Source: an uncultured bacterium
Lineage (GTDB): Bacteria; Bacteroidota; Ignavibacteria; OLB7
Assembly: GCA_966128725.1 (NCBI GenBank)
Contig: CBHYLN010000007.1
Coordinates: 1,031-65,030 of the forward strand
Reading direction: 5' to 3'
DNA: 64,000 bases
A program made the position numbers and the translations under genes. Shown piece after piece: positions 1-8,424 of this stretch (the first letter of the stretch is position 1; each line of letters opens with the position of its first letter). Under the pieces are notes generated by a model. It saw only the letters and a list, made by a program, of their open reading frames with translations, searched no databases and was not told where the DNA came from.

Positions 1-300
1 GGGCTGGAGGAAATCCTCGGCACCGACGAAGGCGCGCGCCGCTTTGGTGAATTCTCCTTCGGCACCAACCCGTACATCGACCAGCCGATGTACGACATCC
101 TCTTCGACGAGAAGATCTGGGGGTCAAACCACCTTACGCTGGGCAAGTGCTACGATATCGCGCCCAACGGCAACCAGAGCGCCGTACACTGGGATCTTGT
201 CTGCATTGGCGCCGATGTGCATCTCGACGGTCAGTTGATACGCAAGGGGCGCCACTTCGTGTTGCCGGAATTGCTGCCGCTGAACCCGGAGAATTTCTAG
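1..300 (+). CDS. Aminopeptidase, M29 (AmpS/PepS) family, 3' part only
   Basis: Frame 1 is open from base 1: GARRFGEFSFGTNP..ILFDEKI.G..HLTLG..Y...NGNQSAVHWDLV, the M29 C-terminal motifs. Confidence 0.9.
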   Translation, partial: GLEEILGTDEGARRFGEFSFGTNPYIDQPMYDILFDEKIWGSNHLTLGKCYDIAPNGNQSAVHWDLVCIGADVHLDGQLIRKGRHFVLPELLPLNPENF

Positions 301-349
301 CAGCGCATGTTGTTGCTGGTTGTATCGGGCTGCGATGTTGAATATTCAC

Positions 350-387
350 GCGGGGTGCAAATTTGTTTGCACCCCGCTGTTTTTTTT
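350..387 (+). terminator. Intrinsic terminator
   Basis: 12-bp stem GCGGGGTGCAAA/TTTGCACCCCGC followed by a T-tract, 50 nt after the aminopeptidase stop. Confidence 0.85.
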
Positions 388-1001
388 CGATCGATTATTC
401 GCGACTGAAAAATGCTTTTCGCGATGATAACTGTGTCGTGGCTCGGCATTCACGTGGTGTAATGCCGTGTAGCGGGCGCTTCCCGATAGCTCCATGGCGG
501 GGCAGGATAAAATCTCAGTGGGTATCGTCGTTTTTCCGAATGGATTTTTTTTCATGTCTGGTTCTGTGCCGCATATGGCGAAAGGCCTGAAGCACTGTTT
601 TGAACCCTTGCCTTTGTTGGCAGCGCCGCCGATATCGAAATTCCAACAGCGTGAAAAAACGCCACGCGCCGTGACAATTGTGCACGTTTGAGCGCTTGAA
701 ATTCGGCCGGATGTCTGCATTTGTAATTCGCCACGCCCAATCAATATCCGGGTTAAACCGGACCACAACCGCAACGACATACAGCCCTCCCCAATACACG
801 GTGCGTATTCACAGAGGCATCGTGCACTGTGCCGACTCCACGGTCACAGACTCTCTCCCATTCGCATGAGCCGTCGGCGGCTCCATGTGCATTCCGTGGC
901 ACTCACGGCAATCCCGTACGGCATGCGTTCCAATGTGGCGCGCGCGCCGATCCATCCCCATCCGGAAGTCCGGTGGCAATGTTGAACACAACAAGAACAT
1001 C

Positions 1002-2936
1002 ATGAAACAAAATCTCAACGGTGCATTGGTGCTGCTGGCTGTCTGCCTGCTCCTTCCTCTTCTTGGCTCGATGCTGCACGCACAACCGGCCGGCTACTGG
1101 CGCGCGGGCCTGAACATCGGCCTTAACTACAATCAACAGGCGCTGGGTTTGCAGCAGTTGAGTCCTGGCAACGTTCCGAACTTCTTCCCGTTTGTGCTGG
1201 TGGATGGTACGGGCGTTGGCCCATATCTGGGTGCTCTGGGCGAGTATCGATCCACAAGCTGGTGGGGCGGCCAGCTTCGCGTGAGCTACGATTCGCGCAA
1301 TGCCCTTTCAACCGACAACTCGCCACTGATACCGCAGCGCACGTTTGATACACGGCTTTCCTATCTCACAATCGAACCGATGCTCCGTCTGCAGCCGGAG
1401 TTCCTGGGCAAGCTGTTCGTGACCGTAGGCCCGATGATCGCAATCAACATGAGCGGATCGTTCGACCACACCCCGGCTCCGGGAGCTGCTGTCGCATCGG
1501 ATCTGCCGATCACCGATCTCAAGGGAGTGGCCTTTGGCTGGGCCGGCGGTTTCGGGTATGATCTTGCGTTGGGCAACGGGCCAAGCGGTTCGCGGTGGTT
1601 CCTGACACCGTTTCTGGAAGGTTCCTACCTCGCACATCAGCGGATGGCCAACCTTGCGTATCTGGATCAGGACAGCTTCGATGATATCTGGAGCACATTC
1701 ACGGTTCGCGGTGGCGTTGCCTTGAAACTGGGATTCAACGAGGGCGATGCGCTTATGGCCGGTGGCGGTGGCCCGCTCGATTTCCGCCTGTATGCTCCAT
1801 CCAAGTATGTTGACTCCCGGCGCTATGAGGAATATTTCCCGCTGGTCACGTCGGTGTTCTTCGATAGCGCCTCGGCCGAGATCCCGAGCCGTTATGATCG
1901 CCTGGCGCCCGCCGAGGCCCGAGCCTTCAGCGAGAGCGGCATTGTGGAGCCGCCCAGCGCAGGCGCCGCAAGCCTTGGTGATCGCATGCAGCGCCAGATG
2001 AGCGTGTACTACGATGTGATGAACATCATAGGGTCGCGTATGGCAGCCGCTCCGGCATCCACGGTAACGCTGATAGGATCGGCTCCGGGTGCTCGCGACG
2101 GTGGGGCAATGGCGGAGCGGGTTCGGAACTATCTGGTTGCGTCGTTCGGGATCGATTCGTCACGCGTGGCGATCGACGGTCGCGAGCTTCCCCGAGTACC
2201 GTCCGGATCGCCTCGTACGCCGGTCGACGACCGTCCGCTGGTGGACGCGGAGAACCGCCGCGTTGAGCTGGCCACGCGTCCCGATCTTGGTGGCCCGATC
2301 ACGATCAAGTCGGTGAATGCCTCGCCGGTTGAGAACAACCTGGTGCTGAGCATCAGCGACCGGTCCGACATCCGCACCTGGCAGCTTGTGGTAAGCGGCG
2401 AAGGCAGGCGGATCACCTATGGTCCGTTCAGCCGCCCGGTGCAGCGCATCGACCCACGGCCGTTGATGGATGGGCTGTCGCATGGGGCCTTCACCGCCGA
2501 GGCAGTGGCCGTAACCAATACGGGCGAGCGGCTGACGCAGACAACCACGTTCGAGCTTTCGCGCAGGGATGCGCCCGCCAAGCCGGCGCGCCGGTACTCG
2601 ATTATCTTCGACTACGGCCAGGATGATCCGGTGCGTGCCTACGAGAAGTTCCTCCGTACAACGGTTGCTCCGCAGATCGAGCCCGGTTCCACGGTCTATG
2701 TCCTTGGCCATACCGACAACGTTGGCGACGCTTCGCTGAACTACAACTTGTCGCTGAAGCGAAGTGGTGAAGTGCGCGACATTCTCCGCAGCGAGACTGC
2801 GAAGCGTGCGGGCGAGGTCAACTTCGAGTTGATTGGATACGGAGAAGAGGAATCGTCAACCACGTTCGATAACGCCAAGCCCGAGGGACGGTTCTACAAC
2901 CGCGGCGTCATCATCGAAGTGGTGCCGGCCGAATAA
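1002..2936 (+). CDS. Outer-membrane beta-barrel + OmpA-like C-terminal domain protein
   Basis: Signal peptide MKQNLNGALVLL; beta-barrel-like N-terminus; C-terminal GHTDNVG..NYNLSLKRS..V..GYGE..N...EGRFYNR OmpA motif. Confidence 0.85.
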   Translation: MKQNLNGALVLLAVCLLLPLLGSMLHAQPAGYWRAGLNIGLNYNQQALGLQQLSPGNVPNFFPFVLVDGTGVGPYLGALGEYRSTSWWGGQLRVSYDSRNALSTDNSPLIPQRTFDTRLSYLTIEPMLRLQPEFLGKLFVTVGPMIAINMSGSFDHTPAPGAAVASDLPITDLKGVAFGWAGGFGYDLALGNGPSGSRWFLTPFLEGSYLAHQRMANLAYLDQDSFDDIWSTFTVRGGVALKLGFNEGDALMAGGGGPLDFRLYAPSKYVDSRRYEEYFPLVTSVFFDSASAEIPSRYDRLAPAEARAFSESGIVEPPSAGAASLGDRMQRQMSVYYDVMNIIGSRMAAAPASTVTLIGSAPGARDGGAMAERVRNYLVASFGIDSSRVAIDGRELPRVPSGSPRTPVDDRPLVDAENRRVELATRPDLGGPITIKSVNASPVENNLVLSISDRSDIRTWQLVVSGEGRRITYGPFSRPVQRIDPRPLMDGLSHGAFTAEAVAVTNTGERLTQTTTFELSRRDAPAKPARRYSIIFDYGQDDPVRAYEKFLRTTVAPQIEPGSTVYVLGHTDNVGDASLNYNLSLKRSGEVRDILRSETAKRAGEVNFELIGYGEEESSTTFDNAKPEGRFYNRGVIIEVVPAE

Positions 2937-2962
2937 CGCGGCAACACAACAATCCGGTTTGC

Positions 2963-3004
2963 ACGGGAGAGGGCGCGCGATACGCTCCTCTCCCGTTGTA
3001 TTTT
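2963..3004 (+). terminator. Intrinsic terminator
   Basis: ACGGGAGAGG/CCTCTCCCGT stem followed by TGTATTTT. Confidence 0.7.
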
Positions 3005-3081
3005 CGGCACAGTCCATGGCATCAAGGGGCCGTGGGCGCGTCCCGTTCGGGTCGCTTTCACGCCAGTCAACTCAGGTACAC

Positions 3082-4398
3082 GTGCACAACGCCGATCCCG
3101 TTGAACTTCTTCGCCGCCTGATCCGGTTCGATACCTCGAACCCGCCCGGTCGTGAGCGTGAATGCGTAATGTTTATCAACGAGCTGCTGCGCAATGCCGG
3201 CGTGGCCACCACCATTGTGGCCCGCGACCCAGAGCGTCCGAATCTGATTGCCCGCATCCCGGGTCAGGGCACGGCGCCCGCGCTGTTGCTGCAGGGGCAT
3301 GTGGATGTTGTTCCGGTTACCGCGCAGCAATGGACCCATCCACCGTTTGATGCGGTGGTTGCCGATGGATTTGTCTGGGGCCGTGGCGCGTTGGACATGA
3401 AAGGCGGTGTGGCCATGATGCTGACGGCCTTTCTGCATACGGCGGCCGCGCCCGCGCCACCAATGGGCGATCTGGTGCTGGCCATCCTGAGCGATGAGGA
3501 GAACGGCAGCGACTACGGGGCGGCGTATGTGGTGCGCGAGCACGCCGCGCTTCTTGCCGGGGTGCGGCATGCCATCGGCGAGTTCGGCGGGTTTACGTTC
3601 CAGTTCGGCGGCAAGCGCTTCTATCCGATTCAGGTTGCCGAGAAACAGGCGTGCCGGGTTCGTGCCCGGTTGCGTGGGCCTTCGGGGCATGCCTCGCTGG
3701 TGCATCGCGATGGCGCGATGGCGCGCCTGGCGGCGATGCTGGGCGCGCTCAACGGCAAACGTCTGCCGGTGCATGTGTCATCCGCGGCACGGATGATGCT
3801 CACGGCAATCGGGGACGCGTTGGGCTTCCCCGCCGGTATGGTGTTTCGCGGGCTTGTGCGGCCAGGGCTTACCGATCGCCTGCTGAATCGGTTGGGCCAA
3901 CGCGGCCTGTTGTTCGATGCCCTGCTGCACAACACCGCCAATGCAACCATGGTGCGCGGCGGCGAAACCATCAACATGATTCCGGCCGAGGTGGTGGTTG
4001 ATATCGATGCACGGCTTGTTCCCGGCTCCAGCCCCGAGGAACTGCTCGCCGAGCTGCGCGCGCTTGTGGGGGACGATGTGGAGTTCGAGGTGACGAGGTT
4101 CGATCCCGCACCCCCCGAGCCGGACATGACACTGTTCCCGATCCTTGCCAGCGTGCTTCGCGAGCAGGACCCGCAGGGCATTCCTGTTCCATATCTGTTG
4201 GCGGCAGTCACCGATGGCCGATTCTTTTCGCGGCTCGGCATCCAGACCTACGGATTCACACCGATGACGCTTCCAGCGGATTTCAACTTCTCAAGCACGA
4301 TTCACGCAGCCGACGAGCGCATCCCCGTTGCCGCGCTGGAGTTCGGCGCGCATGCAGTGCGCGAAGTTGTTCGGCGTGTGCAGCATCGTGCAGCCTGA
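3082..4398 (+). CDS. M20/M25/M40 family metallo-hydrolase (ArgE/DapE-like)
   Basis: GHVDVVP, GRGALDMKG, DEE and IHAADER motifs; GTG start inferred. Confidence 0.9.
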   Translation: MHNADPVELLRRLIRFDTSNPPGRERECVMFINELLRNAGVATTIVARDPERPNLIARIPGQGTAPALLLQGHVDVVPVTAQQWTHPPFDAVVADGFVWGRGALDMKGGVAMMLTAFLHTAAAPAPPMGDLVLAILSDEENGSDYGAAYVVREHAALLAGVRHAIGEFGGFTFQFGGKRFYPIQVAEKQACRVRARLRGPSGHASLVHRDGAMARLAAMLGALNGKRLPVHVSSAARMMLTAIGDALGFPAGMVFRGLVRPGLTDRLLNRLGQRGLLFDALLHNTANATMVRGGETINMIPAEVVVDIDARLVPGSSPEELLAELRALVGDDVEFEVTRFDPAPPEPDMTLFPILASVLREQDPQGIPVPYLLAAVTDGRFFSRLGIQTYGFTPMTLPADFNFSSTIHAADERIPVAALEFGAHAVREVVRRVQHRAA

Positions 4399-4523
4399 CA
4401 TGGCGCCAACGGCGTATGTTCCTAATGCATACAGGAATGGGGCACCTTGGATACAATCCATGTGGTGCCCCATTCCGTTTGAGTTGCGCCAGCGGAGATG
4501 CCGCTTGCGCCTGGGCGGCTACG

Positions 4524-5120
4524 TTAATTCAGCGTGACGCATGTTTGGCCAGCGTGCAGTACGAACGCGGTCTTCTGGCTGTCGTCATCGCAGAGATAGA
4601 ACTCCACGTCGCGCTCCAGGCAGAATCGTTCGCGCTCGAACGGGCGGAAGGAGTTGACCTCGCGGCTGGAAAACACAAGCTCATCGCGGCTGCAGTACTC
4701 GCGGCCGGCCACGCTGGAACGGGCGTAGAAGCTGAAACGCACACTCAGCGGGAAACGGTCGGCTCCGTTGGAGACGATGGTTGCGTTGCTTGAAGGGCGA
4801 TCCGGATCGATGCGTGTATCCACCGCGCCGTACAGAGGGCTGTCGCCATGTGCGTCGATCGTGACCGGCGGGATGCTCAGGTTAATCGGGCCGGTTGGTG
4901 GTATCTCGACAAAGTCGCAGTTGAACGTGCCCGAACCCGTGCTTGGGCAGATCGTTTCGGTGCCGGTGATGTTGCCGTCGTCATCGTAATACGTGAGCAC
5001 CTTGCAGCCGTCGACGATGTCGCAGGTGCATGGCTGCGCGAATGCGGCAGCCTCGCTCAGCAGGAATCCGGCAACGGCCAGCGCCGCGACCATGATGAAG
5101 TGACGAGTTCTGAAATACAT
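4524..5120 (-). CDS. Secreted Cys-rich hypothetical protein
   Basis: Signal peptide ending AAFA-Q; GGAGGAG RBS upstream; Cys-rich mature region; no family recognised. Confidence 0.75.
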   Translation of the reverse strand: MYFRTRHFIMVAALAVAGFLLSEAAAFAQPCTCDIVDGCKVLTYYDDDGNITGTETICPSTGSGTFNCDFVEIPPTGPINLSIPPVTIDAHGDSPLYGAVDTRIDPDRPSSNATIVSNGADRFPLSVRFSFYARSSVAGREYCSRDELVFSSREVNSFRPFERERFCLERDVEFYLCDDDSQKTAFVLHAGQTCVTLN

Positions 5121-5377
5121 GTACTCCTCCGATGAAGGTAATAGTGGGTTTGATTCGGGGGATACAGAGATGTGTGCTGGTGCGTATGAACGCAGAGGTA
5201 ATGGCCTTGATGCTCGCCTGGACTACGGTACGAAACGTTCCCTTGCCAACGCAGTCAACATTGGCGAGCGCTACCCTGTGCTGCTCCGCCGGGCGATGGC
5301 CATTGTTGGCTGTTTCGCGCTAAAATGCATGCGTGTGGCGCCCAAATACTTCTTCCGGATTGCGCTTCTATTGCCGC

Positions 5378-5423
5378 AATTAAAACGGCCGATCATGCAG
5401 CTAAACCTGCATGATCGGCCGTT
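5378..5423 (-). terminator. Intrinsic terminator of the VWA/beta-barrel/PD40 operon
   Basis: Perfect 17-bp inverted repeat 5384-5400/5407-5423, 43 nt past the 5466 stop. Confidence 0.8.
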
Positions 5424-5465
5424 ACGTCCATCGAAATCGCCGGTGTGGCGAATGCTGATGCGCTG

Positions 5466-7430
5466 TTACTGCTGAACCGGTTTCCCGCTTGCGTCAACAA
5501 GCCGGGCATCCACAACAATCCGGCGCTTGGTGCCCAGGTCCTCACCCGAGGTCAGCGCGTTCAGATCATCCACACTGCCGCTCACCGCGCGCCAGCGTAT
5601 CATCCCCTGCTGCATCAGCATCTGATACTCCTTGCGGGCGCGTCCGCGGCGGAACAGCTTGTCGAAATACTCCACCGAATAATATGCCCTGAGCCCGGCC
5701 AGCTTGAAGTTGTCGAGCCGCTCCCACGAGCGCACCGTGACCTCGTTGCCGGCCGAGTCAAGGAACGTTACGGGGTCCTCGCTGTACGCGCCGATGATTG
5801 GGCGTGGGTCGGCAAAACCATACACGGTAAGCTGGATGTATTCCTTGGGGTCGGTAGCGGCCTTGCGCTTGTTGTACTCGATGAAGCCAGGGAAGTACGT
5901 TGTCTCGCACAGCTCCACGAAGTCACCCAACAGCTTTTCCACCTCCGTTGCCACCTTCTGGTTCTGATCGAAGACGCTGCGGTCCGACTTCACGTCCGTG
6001 ATGTACGTCTGCGTCTTCAGGTCGCCCGCCTGGCGGCGGCGAAGCTCGGCAAGCGAGGGGCGTGTGTTCAGCCGGTAGTAACCGCTCACGAAAAACGGGA
6101 CCACCTTGCCGTCGACGTTAAACGTGTAGATGATCGGCATCGGCGGCATTGGCGGTTCGGGTGCCACCGGCGGTGCGATCTCCACTGGCGGTGGTGTCTC
6201 CAGCGTTGCCGCCGCCGGCGCGCTTCCAAATTTCAGCGTGATCGTGGAGCGGCTCTCGGGGGCTACGTTATCAAGCGATGCGGTTGCCGTCTCGTATCCC
6301 GGCGATGCGCCCTCGATGGCGTAGGCCAACCCGTCCAGCAACAGGAAGTCGGCACCGGATGCGGTTACCACGTCGCGATCGCCAACCGAGCGGCCAAGCT
6401 GTGTTTCGCGCACCGACACATGCCCGGGGATGCGGCGCCCGGTGGTGGTATCCAGCAGCGTTACATGCAGCGATGCATACCCGGAGACGAAGACATTGGG
6501 TCCCCCTTCGTAGATATCCAGGCCACCCTTGCCGCCCGGGCGATCGCTTGTGAAGTAACACCGATCGCGATCCACGCCAAAGAAGAACAGCTCGTTGGCA
6601 CTCGTGTTGACCCGCCCTCCAAGGTTGATGGGCGTGCTCCAGGTGCCGGATGCGTCGCGATGCGAAATGAAGATGTCGGATCCGCCGAATCCTTTCCAAC
6701 CATTGCTTGCCATGAACAGCGTGCGACCGTCAGGCCCAAGGAATGGCGAGAATTCGTTGCCGTCGGTGTTGATGGTCGGCCCCATGTTGATCGGGCTGCC
6801 GAAGCTGCCGTCGGCCGAGCGATAGGCGATGTACAGATCCATCCCCCCCATTCCGCCCGATCGATTCGACGCGAAGATGATATAGGTTCCGTCGGGCGCG
6901 ATGGTGCCCTGCGCGTCCCAATCCCCGGTGTTGACCTCGTGGATCTTCCGCGAGCGCAGCATGTCCTGCCCGTTGGCGCTCAGCTCGACAAGTTCCAGAT
7001 CCGCATCGCCCATGTTCTCGATGCGGTCGCTGGTGGTAATGATGCCCTCGTGTGGATAGTTCAGCCGCGCCATGTCCGAATCCGCCAGGCCGAACAACAG
7101 GCTATGCCGTATCGTGGCGGCGCTGAAGGAGCCTTCGTCCAGCGGCGTGTTGAACTCGGTAAGCGGTTCGGGCTGGCCCCAATCGTCGCCTTCGCGATGC
7201 GATCGATAGAGATTCGCCGATTTCTCGTGATTGCGAGTCAAGTACAGCCATTGACCGTTGGGCACCACGAACGGCGCGTAATCATCGCCGGGGGTGTTCA
7301 CGGATTCAAGATTGCGCACACGGAATTCCGACGAATCGGGAACGCCGTATGGTTGCGCGCACAGCCGGGTCAGGGTGACAAACGAGAGGCTGGCAAGGAG
7401 CACAGGAAGGAGACGGGCGGGGAAGCGCAT
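5466..7430 (-). CDS. PD40 (WD40-like beta-propeller) repeat envelope protein with a divergent OmpA-like C-terminus
   Basis: Repeats FASNRSGGMGGMDLY, INMGPTINTDGNEFSPF, FTSDRPGGKGGLDIY; Pro-rich linker; C-terminal GFADPR..DNFKLAGLRA. Confidence 0.8.
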   Translation of the reverse strand: MRFPARLLPVLLASLSFVTLTRLCAQPYGVPDSSEFRVRNLESVNTPGDDYAPFVVPNGQWLYLTRNHEKSANLYRSHREGDDWGQPEPLTEFNTPLDEGSFSAATIRHSLLFGLADSDMARLNYPHEGIITTSDRIENMGDADLELVELSANGQDMLRSRKIHEVNTGDWDAQGTIAPDGTYIIFASNRSGGMGGMDLYIAYRSADGSFGSPINMGPTINTDGNEFSPFLGPDGRTLFMASNGWKGFGGSDIFISHRDASGTWSTPINLGGRVNTSANELFFFGVDRDRCYFTSDRPGGKGGLDIYEGGPNVFVSGYASLHVTLLDTTTGRRIPGHVSVRETQLGRSVGDRDVVTASGADFLLLDGLAYAIEGASPGYETATASLDNVAPESRSTITLKFGSAPAAATLETPPPVEIAPPVAPEPPMPPMPIIYTFNVDGKVVPFFVSGYYRLNTRPSLAELRRRQAGDLKTQTYITDVKSDRSVFDQNQKVATEVEKLLGDFVELCETTYFPGFIEYNKRKAATDPKEYIQLTVYGFADPRPIIGAYSEDPVTFLDSAGNEVTVRSWERLDNFKLAGLRAYYSVEYFDKLFRRGRARKEYQMLMQQGMIRWRAVSGSVDDLNALTSGEDLGTKRRIVVDARLVDASGKPVQQ

Positions 7431-7439
7431 GTGGTTCGA

Positions 7440-8312
7440 TTAGTCCCCGATATTGTACATGATGCTGAACGTCCCGAGCAATCCGGTCTGCTTCATCTCC
7501 TCCGGACGGTCCAGAATCGATGTCAGCGGATGATTGACAATCACCTCGGGGTTGAACGCAAGACGGCCAATGCGCAGCAGGAATCCACCGCCGCCACGGA
7601 CATCGAAGGCAAATCCCTGGTAGGTTGAAAAGGGAACATCGCTCAGCAGTTCGTGTCCGGCCGAACGAGTGTCGTTGTAGGTGTACGGTTGCGGGCCGAT
7701 AATCTGCTCCGAGTAGTCATAACGTCCGCCCAGCATGTAGCTGGCCCCGCCACCCCCTATCAGATACAGGCCGGTACCGAACAATTCCACGCCCACGGTG
7801 AGTTCTCCGGTAAGCGCCGCGAATCGCGCGTCAACGTAGCCTTCCTCCTGAAGCGTGATGATCGAGTCGTTCGCGCCACGCACCGGCGTTCCCGGCAGCG
7901 ATGTTGTGAACGTCACGGGGCGCGGTTCGTAGCGGATGCGGGGCGAAAGGAATATCCACCGATTGAAATAGATCATTGCCTTCGCGCCGGCGGTAATGCC
8001 GTATCCAACGCCGTCGTTGAACGACGCACAGGTGGTTGCCCCGTCGGAGATGGAAAAGGAGCCCTTGTCGGACCAGCGACCATATCCGCCCTCGAACCCA
8101 GCCCAAAGCGGGATCGGGATCGGTTTGGGATAGAGCACGTTGTCGTACTTGGTTCCGCCCTGCGCCAATGCCGACGGATGCAAGGCTGGGATAAGCGCAA
8201 GCGCTGCAAGCATCGCGGCCGCGATCGCCGGGCGAAGTTGCACCATGCGGTGCCACCCAGCCTGCACGCGGGCCGATGATGTTGAACCCGAAGTTGTATT
8301 CTGGTGCTCCAT
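7440..8312 (-). CDS. Outer-membrane beta-barrel hypothetical protein (start may be 8246)
   Basis: Signal peptide followed by amphipathic beta-strands; lies between two co-oriented genes. Confidence 0.65.
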   Translation of the reverse strand: MEHQNTTSGSTSSARVQAGWHRMVQLRPAIAAAMLAALALIPALHPSALAQGGTKYDNVLYPKPIPIPLWAGFEGGYGRWSDKGSFSISDGATTCASFNDGVGYGITAGAKAMIYFNRWIFLSPRIRYEPRPVTFTTSLPGTPVRGANDSIITLQEEGYVDARFAALTGELTVGVELFGTGLYLIGGGGASYMLGGRYDYSEQIIGPQPYTYNDTRSAGHELLSDVPFSTYQGFAFDVRGGGGFLLRIGRLAFNPEVIVNHPLTSILDRPEEMKQTGLLGTFSIMYNIGD

Positions 8313-8424
8313 ACCTGGGCAATCGATGACAGTGACAGAACGAACGGCCGGTTGGCGCATGGTGTGCCCAGTGCAACCGGCCTTCGCGATGTCGTTCACA
8401 GTTCGTCGGTGCTTATTGCGCCGA

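Noticed and set aside
752-771. GGTT-AAACCGGACCAC-AACC, a GGACC loop upstream of the OmpA gene
   Set aside because: Single copy with only a 4-bp stem; compatible with chance
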